IMG/VR virus record: IMGVR_UViG_3300021961_000061
Source of the DNA: an uncultured virus (IMG/VR IMGVR_UViG_3300021961_000061)
Lineage: Duplodnaviria; Heunggongvirae; Uroviricota; Caudoviricetes
Length of the DNA: 20,000 nt
Reading direction: 5' to 3' (one strand)
Shown here: positions 8,774 through 16,568 of the stretch, piece after piece
How the letters are laid out: every line of letters starts with the position of its first letter
Position numbering within the stretch: the stretch's first letter is position 1
Notes under the pieces: generated by a model
What the model saw: only the letters and a program-made list of their open reading frames with translations
Databases searched by the model: none
What the model was told of the DNA's origin: nothing
Program-made: the position numbers and the translations under genes

Positions 8774-9650
8774 AAATTCTGTTAAATTCCTCTAAAATTC
8801 TGTAAAAACTTTTTTTATCGAGATAGTATGAAACATCTAAATCTCTCGGACCTGAATCGGGACACCACCAAATATCAAACTCTTTGGTTTCAAATAATTC
8901 GGGGTGATTAACCCTCATTAAGGACATTATATTTTCTTCATGAGGTAATCCTTTGTCCTCAGTAATTATTTTTTGTAAATAATCCTCAAAAATTGTAACA
9001 ATATTATCCCACTTTGAACGGTGCCCTCCAAATAAACCACCAATGACATGAAGACTCATATCAAAATTGTTTGTATACCATTTTTGATTTACAGTACCAG
9101 ACCAATAGTATTTAACATTTTCTTTTCCCAATATTAAAAACTTATCTCCCGTATCCTCAATTACATTTCGTAAAAAATCATTGTTGAATAAATTAGATTC
9201 ATAGTAGCGTTGCTCTATATGTGTTGTTGTCAAATATTTGTTTGGAATCAAACCCACATGGGATAATCCAGCATCAAACCAATAGTAGTAATCATAACTT
9301 TTATCCTCATCCCACCACCAATGAAATTTTGAATATTGAATTTCAACACACCGGTCCCCCTTTTTAGTACCTTCAATGTCTTTGTATTGATTTATCAAAT
9401 CTTTGAACTTGGTATTTGAAATATCAAATATCTTAAACTGAAGTTTGTCTGATGGAACATTATGAACATCATAAAAAAAGTTTTTTAGGCTGTCTATTTC
9501 TCTTTCTGAAGTGTAACACAAAAAGTCTGCATCAGTCATCTTTAACAAGGACAATAGACTCCATCTGTAATGACCCCCTCTAGCATGACGACCACCTAAA
9601 TCTGTACCAGCCAAATCACTGTAGATACAAGTTAATATTTTAATTGACAT
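8766..9650 (-). CDS. HtrL/YibB-like putative glycosyltransferase (GT-A fold)
   Basis: YSKFHW, YYYWFDAGLSH, VIGGLFGG and HEENIMS parallel the motifs of the neighbour's N-domain; overlaps both flanking genes. Confidence 0.7.
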   Translation of the reverse strand: MSIKILTCIYSDLAGTDLGGRHARGGHYRWSLLSLLKMTDADFLCYTSEREIDSLKNFFYDVHNVPSDKLQFKIFDISNTKFKDLINQYKDIEGTKKGDRCVEIQYSKFHWWWDEDKSYDYYYWFDAGLSHVGLIPNKYLTTTHIEQRYYESNLFNNDFLRNVIEDTGDKFLILGKENVKYYWSGTVNQKWYTNNFDMSLHVIGGLFGGHRSKWDNIVTIFEDYLQKIITEDKGLPHEENIMSLMRVNHPELFETKEFDIWWCPDSGPRDLDVSYYLDKKSFYRILEEFNRIYE

Positions 9651-10383
9651 GAATAATTTCTTTAATATTATCTTCCCTTTTCTGTTTATTGATTTCTGCG
9701 TTTGTAAACTGAGGAGGAATTTTTATCGGTGAAAACAAATTCCAATTGTAAGTTTGGAGATAGAAGTTATTGTAATTCCCTTGGGAAATATCTGACCAAT
9801 CATTACCTTGAGTACACACAGGAAAAATAGGACAGTAACTTTGGAATTTTTGTACTATGAATTGAAATGTGAAATCGTCTAATGCATAATAGTATTCACC
9901 ACTTTGAAACGCCACTTCGGATATTTTAAACATTTCATCATAAATAGATTGGTCATATACAATCATATTTGCTGCGTAAATGTCTCTATGATTCGGGTCT
10001 CTCTTTTCAGGTAAATTAGTCATATCCAAAAAATACTGTAAATTCTCAGCACGATTAATGTGCCGATTCAAGGTTGGTGATAGGTTGAGGATTGCATAAT
10101 CTAAGTTTTCAAGTTCTTCATCTAACTTATTTATAAAGTCATGTGCATAAGGCATGATTTCACAATCGTCCTCCATAATCATAACTTTTTTATATCCTCT
10201 TTCTTTTGCAATTTCAATAATTGCTAACTGAGACCTCGTAATCCCCATATAAGAATTTGTGTCAATTGCCTCAAACACCTCGAAATCCCAACCCAAATAA
10301 TCCATTTGTTTTTTGAATCGTTCCAATCTATCGGGTCGTCTTTTTAAATTGACAACAAACTTAGGAATTTCACAAATTTTCAT
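9640..10383 (-). CDS. Glycosyltransferase family 25-like
   Basis: FVVNLKRRPDRLERF, FEAID, GITRSQLAII, VMIMEDD are the GT25 (LgtB/Lex2B) signature. Confidence 0.85.
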   Translation of the reverse strand: MKICEIPKFVVNLKRRPDRLERFKKQMDYLGWDFEVFEAIDTNSYMGITRSQLAIIEIAKERGYKKVMIMEDDCEIMPYAHDFINKLDEELENLDYAILNLSPTLNRHINRAENLQYFLDMTNLPEKRDPNHRDIYAANMIVYDQSIYDEMFKISEVAFQSGEYYYALDDFTFQFIVQKFQSYCPIFPVCTQGNDWSDISQGNYNNFYLQTYNWNLFSPIKIPPQFTNAEINKQKREDNIKEIIHVN

Positions 10384-10384
10384 A

Positions 10385-11632
10385 TTACAGATTTCCGGTT
10401 AAACGGTCACACCAACCCTTAGACTCTGAGTGTGGCCAAACCACCCAATATGCTGGTTTTTGTGAGGTCTGAAATTCTCTCCATACTTTGCAGTAACCAT
10501 CAGGGTCTTGCATCATTCGTGTAATTTCAGCTTTATCAGCATCTTTTCTAAATAAAGTTGAGTCATCAGAACCATGGAATGCAACAACCCAAAAATCATA
10601 ATCTTTTTCAGGAACACTAGCATAACCCACATCGATACAATGTTTGAAGACTTGAGCAAAATCTTTTTTCCACTCCTCTTCACTTTCGTAATTGTAAGGA
10701 TTTGGTGGATAATGTTTGTCGATGGTGTACTGTTGAATTGCTCTTTTCTCAAAAAGAATTCCCGCATATTTTTCGTAATCTGTCAAAGTTCTTTCAGGAC
10801 CAAATCCGAATGGACCGTCATGACCTTCTTGGACTTCACCATCCATTCCGAATAATTTTCTATTCATTAAGTGGGATTTATTATTTCTATCTACCCATTG
10901 TTTGTCATCATCCCATTGTTTTGTTCTCCCCTTACGAGTGTATTCGTGCCAAATCAAAACCTTGTGAGGGTGAAATAAATCATAACCCCAAGTATAAGCT
11001 CTCGCAGAAATTGAGATTTCTTCACCATGGAAATAATAACCAGGGTTATGTTGAACTTCTGTTGCAAATGAACCAAGAGTAAATGCGTAGTGTGCAGAAT
11101 AAAAACGAGCGGGAACAGGCTCTTTCACATCTCTCCAACCCGGAATTGTCTCAGGTAAGAAAAACACAGCACCTTCAGGAATAAAACGGTCAAACACCAT
11201 TCTCCATGGTTCTTGAACTCTACCTGCAGGGTCATTATCAGGGTCAAAAGACGAAACATAACCTGTTAATAAGGGTTTTTTATGTCCCTTTTTTTGAAGT
11301 TGTTTAATCATCTTAATCATCTCATCATCCCAATTAGGTGCAAACCTCATGTGTGAATCAATTTGAAGTGTGTATTCCTCACCTTCGTAAAGTTGTTGTA
11401 CAAGATTACGAGCCCAACAAACACCCTCAGCCTCTTGATGTGGAATGTTTAATACTCTAAATCTTTTATCTTTGGAAAACTCGGACAAATCATCAAACTT
11501 ATCGTCTTCATGAAATTGTCTTGCAATACCGATTCTCAAATTTTTTGGTCTTTTTGCATTCTCCAACATATTTTTGATTGTCGGAATAAGTTGGGGGTCT
11601 CTATAAGACGCTATCTGAACAAATATTTTCAT
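10385..11632 (-). CDS. GT60-like polypeptide alpha-GlcNAc transferase (Skp1 Gnt1/Gnt2 'GlcNAc' family) with a Trp-rich C-terminal extension
   Basis: IFVQIASYRDP, GVCWAR, LYEGEEYTLQIDSHMRF..NWD, FHGEE, R.YT.GYDLFHP, WHEY are GT60 hallmarks including the DSH metal motif. ATG 11632 preferred over TTG 11635. Confidence 0.88.
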   Translation of the reverse strand: MKIFVQIASYRDPQLIPTIKNMLENAKRPKNLRIGIARQFHEDDKFDDLSEFSKDKRFRVLNIPHQEAEGVCWARNLVQQLYEGEEYTLQIDSHMRFAPNWDDEMIKMIKQLQKKGHKKPLLTGYVSSFDPDNDPAGRVQEPWRMVFDRFIPEGAVFFLPETIPGWRDVKEPVPARFYSAHYAFTLGSFATEVQHNPGYYFHGEEISISARAYTWGYDLFHPHKVLIWHEYTRKGRTKQWDDDKQWVDRNNKSHLMNRKLFGMDGEVQEGHDGPFGFGPERTLTDYEKYAGILFEKRAIQQYTIDKHYPPNPYNYESEEEWKKDFAQVFKHCIDVGYASVPEKDYDFWVVAFHGSDDSTLFRKDADKAEITRMMQDPDGYCKVWREFQTSQKPAYWVVWPHSESKGWCDRLTGNL

Positions 11633-11690
11633 CAACTAAATTTTTACAAAAAAAATAATCATGAAATGAATAAAATGAATAATCTTTCAT

Positions 11691-11719
11691 AAAACAAAAA
11701 ACCCCTCCGAAGAGGGGTT
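11691..11719 (-). terminator. Rho-independent terminator with C(UUCG)G tetraloop
   Basis: Minus strand AACCCCTC-TTCG-GAGGGGTT-TTTTGTTTT, 22 nt after the stop at 11742. Confidence 0.9.
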
Positions 11720-11741
11720 GCTAATACAATCAACTAAAAAT

Positions 11742-12065
11742 TTAGGCTGATGGAGTTGGAGTTGGTGTTGCAGTTTCAGTGGGTGTAACTGTCATTGATG
11801 GGGTCACTGTTGGTGTATTGGTTGGAGTAGGTGTGTTTGTTGTTGTAGGAGTTGGCGAAACAGCAAAAGGAAATGAACCAAAGTTAGTAACAGTAATAAT
11901 TGTTGGCGTTGCAGTGCTATAAGTTCCTGTAACAAGCCAAATGTTACAAGAATGACCAGCAGGTAATACACTATCGTATACCCACATTTGGTTCGAACAC
12001 TCCTGATATGAATAAACACCGTTGGATGATGTCGTATTAGTTAAAAGATATTTACTACAAGCCAT
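11742..12065 (-). CDS. Small putative virion protein: one Cys-containing module plus a Thr/Pro-rich tail
   Basis: MACSKYLLTN...YSYQECS module followed by ~38 aa of [20 protein letters not shown]...; preceded by TATTTATA. Confidence 0.8.
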   Translation of the reverse strand: MACSKYLLTNTTSSNGVYSYQECSNQMWVYDSVLPAGHSCNIWLVTGTYSTATPTIITVTNFGSFPFAVSPTPTTTNTPTPTNTPTVTPSMTVTPTETATPTPTPSA

Positions 12066-12079
12066 TTTTTCTGTTTTAA

Positions 12080-12087
12080 TATAAATA
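12080..12087 (-). promoter_or_regulatory. TATTTATA upstream motif
   Basis: 14 nt before ATG 12065, intergenic. Confidence 0.6.
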
Positions 12088-12116
12088 TTAGGTTAAATCA
12101 AAATATTTCAAGAGTT

Positions 12117-14981
12117 TTAAATAAGACAAATTGCTGGACCTCCCGTTATGACACCACTTCCATTGGTAGTGTAATTAGTTCTACCTCCTGAGGTGTAAGC
12201 CCATACACCAGCAACCACAGGTGTAGTCAAACTTGAATTTTGATATAAAATATCAAAATTTGTTAAACTGTTCCATGGTTTATTGGAATATATTGTTTCC
12301 GTCGTTCCTGAACAAGCAATACCATCGTTTGAAACATCATAACCCACATTTGTGAATTCATAATAACCAATTGTCTCAGTAGGTGTTGGTGTTACGGTAG
12401 GTGTTACAGGAATTTCTGTCTCAGTAGGTGTTGGTGTCGGTGAATTAACAGGGGTCGAAGTATTTGTTGGGGTTGGTGAGGGGGTTGGTGCTCCACAACA
12501 ATCTAAGACAGTGTAATAAGTGTAAATCGTTCCATCAAATCCTGTGTAAGCGGATACAATAGTTGGGGTTGTTGAAAGACAAACATTAATACCACTATAA
12601 CCATTTACCTGAACATTTTCCGTTCCACCACTACAGTAAGTTAAACTCCACAATGCACCATCTGCAACACCTCCGAAAATTTCATATTCTAAACAACCTC
12701 CACACGGTTCAGTAAGAGTTGGTGTTGGAGTTGGAGTTTGAGAAGATGTTACACTTGGAGTCGGCGTTGTAGTAGGTGCTGGAGAACAAACTGAGTTTTC
12801 AGTAATTTCAATCCAATTATTGTAGATGTCTATAGTTCCTTCACACAAACAAGTTGTGAATTCTTCATAAGGAGTTAAAATATAATCAATTTTGTTTCCG
12901 TTACAATCTGTTGCGGTGAATTGAGCCTCTTCAGATTCTAAGTTTTTGAAAGTATACTCAATACAATTACATGCTGTTGGTGTAATTGTTGGCGTTGGTG
13001 TATTTGAAGCGGTAATTGTTGGCGTTGGTGTATTTGAAGCGGTTGCTGTTGGTGTCAAATTAGGAGTAACACTCGGTGTCGGGCTATTTGAAGGTGTTGG
13101 TGTCAAAAATTTAGTATTACAAGAACCAACTCTATAAACAATAATATCTTGACATACCGTAAAAGGTACAACACAAGAACAAACAGTAACTGTTTTAAAG
13201 TTTGTGAATGAATCTAAACCAAAGTATGATGCGGGTTTTGAAATGAAATTACCATCACAATCAACCCAATTCAAATTTTCATAACAGGTTGTACCTGTAA
13301 AAGTAACCGTATATGTTTGACAGTTACAAGGAGATTGTGATGGAGTTGGTGTGTTGGTGGGAGTAACCGTTGAGGTTGGTGTTTCGTTTGGTGTCGGAGT
13401 ATTAGTTGGGGTTGAAGTATTTGTTGGAGTAGTTGTTGGTGTTGGAGTTGAAGAATTCGTTGGGGTTGGTGTGGGTATATTACACTCGTTATCAACAATT
13501 TCATCTATACTTGGACAACTTGTTATTGCCGCATCACATGCACAGATGTAAACGGATGAACCACTTGTGAATACATTACTACTGTATTGTGGGAAGTCTG
13601 AGGCGTTTTTGAAAACCAAAGACCCAAAACAATCAATATAACCCAAAGGTTGGGAACAGTCAGAATCAAAGGTTATTTTGTATGTTTTACATCCACACGC
13701 AGTTGCTGTTGGTGAATATGTAGGAGTTGGGCTTGTAGTTGGTGTAACTGTTGGTGTTTGAGTATTGGTTGGTGTTGGAGATGGAGTAAAAGGACACGGG
13801 TCATCAAATGGATATTGACCGCCACCTCTACATGCAATGGAATAAGAATTGACAGTTAATCCTGTACCTCCACAACTATCAGTTAACCAACATTCTTCCA
13901 AAATGTCATAGGTACCTGTAGGAAGACCATCGTAAGTAACAACACTACCATCACAACATGTTCTTCCTGATAAAGTTGCACCGTCGACAGTAACGGTAAT
14001 ATTAACCACCGCAGCACATTGTCCTGGTGGTTCAGGTGTTGGAGTAGGTGTCTGAGTAGAAGTAATTGTTGGTGTGGGGGTAACTGTAGGTGTTGGGGTA
14101 GGGGAAATTGAATTCACATACTGACATTCAGGTGCAGAAGATGCTCCGCCGATGAATGTTCCGGCATTTTTAACATAAGAAATTCCATATGGGGATACAT
14201 CATTAAACAACCAAATATCACCATTTGCATTTGTGATGTATAATTGATTATCATTAATGAACAAACCCAAAGGAGATGGGATTGATGGAAGTAAGTTAAA
14301 TGATAATACTTGAGTACCTGTGGTGTAATTATACCCTCTCAAATATCCATCTGTCGTGGTAATATAAACAACATTATCAATCGTCAAAATTATATCACCA
14401 GCAACCACCCCGACAATACTAAATTTTGGTGTGATGACTGCGGTTGTGGTCGTAATGTCAATTTCGATAAGAGTCTGACCTGATGTTGACAATAGTTTTG
14501 TGTCAGAAATCGCAGTGAGACCCGCACCCAATTCAACACCCGTGGCGGTAATTGTTCTATTATAAGAAATGGTGAAAGGATTAAGAGTAATGTTGTACTC
14601 GTAAATTGGTGCGGGATTCAAATATGCAGTATAACTCCAAAGTTTCGTAGTGGTGTTGGCAATATCCACACCATTACCTAAAATAGGATTACCTAAAAAT
14701 ACTGATAGAGGTGTAACGGTGTTACTCGAAAATTCATAAATGGCACCAGGAGAAAGAAAAATAACACAATCATCCAAAGATGGTGGGGTTGTGGTAAATT
14801 GGTAGGTGTAATCATATAAAGATGAATATACATCGTAATCACCAAAATAATATGGATTTAAGTAGTTAAATGGAATTGTTTGTTCACCAATATCAATGGT
14901 TCCACCACTGTAAGGGTTAAATGTTACATTTACTGTTTGACCACTAAGGTTATCACTTAAAACTCGAATTCCGACTGCCAT
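12117..14981 (-). CDS. Modular putative virion-surface protein: N-terminal module, beta-propeller-like region, five Cys-rich modules separated by Thr-Pro linkers, C-terminal module
   Basis: Blade-like repeats (GVDIAN..KLW, GAGLTA..KLL, AGDIIL..VVYI, PLGLFI..QLYI), CxCxxY...DCxG...CxC modules and six TP tracts. No signal peptide or TM helix seen. Confidence 0.85.
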   Translation of the reverse strand: MAVGIRVLSDNLSGQTVNVTFNPYSGGTIDIGEQTIPFNYLNPYYFGDYDVYSSLYDYTYQFTTTPPSLDDCVIFLSPGAIYEFSSNTVTPLSVFLGNPILGNGVDIANTTTKLWSYTAYLNPAPIYEYNITLNPFTISYNRTITATGVELGAGLTAISDTKLLSTSGQTLIEIDITTTTAVITPKFSIVGVVAGDIILTIDNVVYITTTDGYLRGYNYTTGTQVLSFNLLPSIPSPLGLFINDNQLYITNANGDIWLFNDVSPYGISYVKNAGTFIGGASSAPECQYVNSISPTPTPTVTPTPTITSTQTPTPTPEPPGQCAAVVNITVTVDGATLSGRTCCDGSVVTYDGLPTGTYDILEECWLTDSCGGTGLTVNSYSIACRGGGQYPFDDPCPFTPSPTPTNTQTPTVTPTTSPTPTYSPTATACGCKTYKITFDSDCSQPLGYIDCFGSLVFKNASDFPQYSSNVFTSGSSVYICACDAAITSCPSIDEIVDNECNIPTPTPTNSSTPTPTTTPTNTSTPTNTPTPNETPTSTVTPTNTPTPSQSPCNCQTYTVTFTGTTCYENLNWVDCDGNFISKPASYFGLDSFTNFKTVTVCSCVVPFTVCQDIIVYRVGSCNTKFLTPTPSNSPTPSVTPNLTPTATASNTPTPTITASNTPTPTITPTACNCIEYTFKNLESEEAQFTATDCNGNKIDYILTPYEEFTTCLCEGTIDIYNNWIEITENSVCSPAPTTTPTPSVTSSQTPTPTPTLTEPCGGCLEYEIFGGVADGALWSLTYCSGGTENVQVNGYSGINVCLSTTPTIVSAYTGFDGTIYTYYTVLDCCGAPTPSPTPTNTSTPVNSPTPTPTETEIPVTPTVTPTPTETIGYYEFTNVGYDVSNDGIACSGTTETIYSNKPWNSLTNFDILYQNSSLTTPVVAGVWAYTSGGRTNYTTNGSGVITGGPAICLI
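12982..13041. repeat. Perfect 30-bp tandem duplication (TASNTPTPTI x2) in a TP linker
   Basis: gtaattgttggcgttggtgtatttgaagcg at 12982-13011 and 13012-13041. Confidence 0.9.
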
Positions 14982-14985
14982 AATA

Positions 14986-14992
14986 ATAAATA
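14986..14992 (-). promoter_or_regulatory. TATTTAT upstream motif
   Basis: 4 nt before ATG 14981, intergenic. Confidence 0.6.
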
Positions 14993-15016
14993 CTCAATAA
15001 CTCAAATTAGTTTTTA

Positions 15017-15580
15017 TTAACATGTACCCTTATTGATAATTAATGTCCCACTAATTTGTATAATTTTTACACCATCGGAAATTGTGAAGTTTGCACCTAC
15101 TGGAGGTATTGTAAATTCTCGGTCTCCATAAACATGGTCACCAACTGTTAATTGGTTGAATGGTTTTTTAGAATATACTGTGACATTTGCCGGGTTAGCA
15201 AATTGATTAACAGATTGGCAAACATCTTGGTAGTACCCACCAGTTCTTACATTCCTTACATAAACAGGTGCTGGTGTTGTTGAAGGTGTGACTGTATTAG
15301 TGGGTGTTGGAGTTTGGGTTATGGGTGTGCAACTCAAACTAACTGTCGGAGTTACAGTGGGGGTTATACTTGGAGTGGGTGTGGATGATGGACACAGACC
15401 GTTATTAACAATTGTTAGAGGAGCACCATACTCTTCAACAATAATGGATTGTGCACAAATATTTTCAGAAAATAAAGGTGTGATTTGTGATATGTTAACA
15501 CTACCTGTACATCCCGTCCATTTATAATAACCGTCCTGTCTGGAATTATAATTTGTTATTCGATAGTATAAACAAGACAT
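15017..15580 (-). CDS. Putative virion protein: Cys module, TP linker, C-terminal module shared with the 954-aa protein
   Basis: MSCLYYRITN...WTGCTG...ICA; TPTPSITPTVTPT; C.....TVYSKKPFNQLTVGDHVY...FTIP. Confidence 0.85.
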   Translation of the reverse strand: MSCLYYRITNYNSRQDGYYKWTGCTGSVNISQITPLFSENICAQSIIVEEYGAPLTIVNNGLCPSSTPTPSITPTVTPTVSLSCTPITQTPTPTNTVTPSTTPAPVYVRNVRTGGYYQDVCQSVNQFANPANVTVYSKKPFNQLTVGDHVYGDREFTIPPVGANFTISDGVKIIQISGTLIINKGTC

Positions 15581-15594
15581 ATACTATTATTTGA

Positions 15595-16266
15595 TTAATA
15601 AGTTTTTCTTAAATTAAAGATATCAGAATAAATGATATTAGAAGCACTAGCATTGTTCCACTCTGCTGTTATATCTAAAGTATTTGAAATTGTCGTATCA
15701 AAATCCGTTGAATAAACATTATTAAATGCAAATCCGGTATTGGCACCAGTGTTTGTTTTGAAATTAGTAAAAATGCCTAATGTTACAATAGATGCAACTC
15801 CACTACCACCAATTTGTCGTACAGTGAAATTTAATTCCAAAATAAAAACTTCATTTCCTGATGTTCCTGCTAAATTCTGAAATCCTGAATCCGCTAATGT
15901 TATTGACCCACCAATGGTGTTTGTTTTAACTCTTATTCTTATGTCGTCATTACTATTAGCACTTAATATTCCCCCCATAATAACTCGGTATGAATTTCCC
16001 ACTTCAAAAGTGTTGGCGGGAACAGATAAAGTTCCGACACCAGGCCCCACAAGAGATAATTCAGAAGTTGTCCCACTAATAGGGGTGCTGTTTCCAGTTT
16101 GACTGAAAAAACCTTGAACCACAGTATCGGGAATAGCGGTTACCGCAGAAAAAGGGATTTTGTTGGTTATACCTGAAGGGTCGACATCATAATTTACAAT
16201 AGCCATCCACGATTCGGGTGAGCCACTCGTGGCTAAAGGCAATTGGGAAATGGGTAAATTTGGCAT
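15595..16266 (-). CDS. Putative virion structural / fibre-associated protein
   Basis: Starts MPNLPISQLP, an N-terminal motif common in phage fibre/decoration proteins, followed by a G/S/T/N-rich beta domain. Confidence 0.75.
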   Translation of the reverse strand: MPNLPISQLPLATSGSPESWMAIVNYDVDPSGITNKIPFSAVTAIPDTVVQGFFSQTGNSTPISGTTSELSLVGPGVGTLSVPANTFEVGNSYRVIMGGILSANSNDDIRIRVKTNTIGGSITLADSGFQNLAGTSGNEVFILELNFTVRQIGGSGVASIVTLGIFTNFKTNTGANTGFAFNNVYSTDFDTTISNTLDITAEWNNASASNIIYSDIFNLRKTY

Positions 16267-16273
16267 TTTATTT

Positions 16274-16281
16274 TATAAATA
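16274..16281 (-). promoter_or_regulatory. TATTTATA upstream motif
   Basis: 7 nt before ATG 16266, in a 25-nt gap. Confidence 0.6.
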
Positions 16282-16291
16282 TTAGTTAAAT

Positions 16292-16567
16292 TTAGGTTAT
16301 TATAATATTGGTGATATCTTCTTGTTGTATCAAACTAAAGTTTTCCTGTAATAAGAAATCGGTGTCAGGATTATCCATTAAGGCATAACAAGTCTTATCA
16401 CTACCAGAAAAATAAATTTGATATGACCCGTAATAATAATCAGTGTAAAAAGTATACGGCAAAATTTGTGACCCAACACTAACAGTTCCGCCAGTGTCAG
16501 GATAAAAAGTAATATCCCCAACTTGTCCGTTAAAATTTGAACTTGATATTAAAATTCCGTTTGACAT
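16292..16567 (-). CDS. Small protein paralogous to the N-terminal module of the 954-aa protein, ending in an LLQE/IQQE acidic motif
   Basis: G..I.S.N..GQ...ITF.P..GGT...G.Q..P......YY.G.Y..Y aligns without gaps; ATG 1 nt after the upstream stop. Confidence 0.8.
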   Translation of the reverse strand: MSNGILISSSNFNGQVGDITFYPDTGGTVSVGSQILPYTFYTDYYYGSYQIYFSGSDKTCYALMDNPDTDFLLQENFSLIQQEDITNIIIT

Positions 16568-16568
16568 T

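Noticed and set aside
314..11692. Short alternative-frame or antisense ORFs inside sod, neck, polB and GT genes (e.g. 314-502, 5502-5828, 10702-11082)
   Set aside because: Nested in or largely overlapping well-supported genes, with no motifs or start signals.
11631..11738. ATCAACTAAA direct repeat (11631-11640, 11729-11738) flanking the terminator, plus short ATGAATAA repeats
   Set aside because: Short and AT-rich with no mobile element between them; cannot be told from chance.
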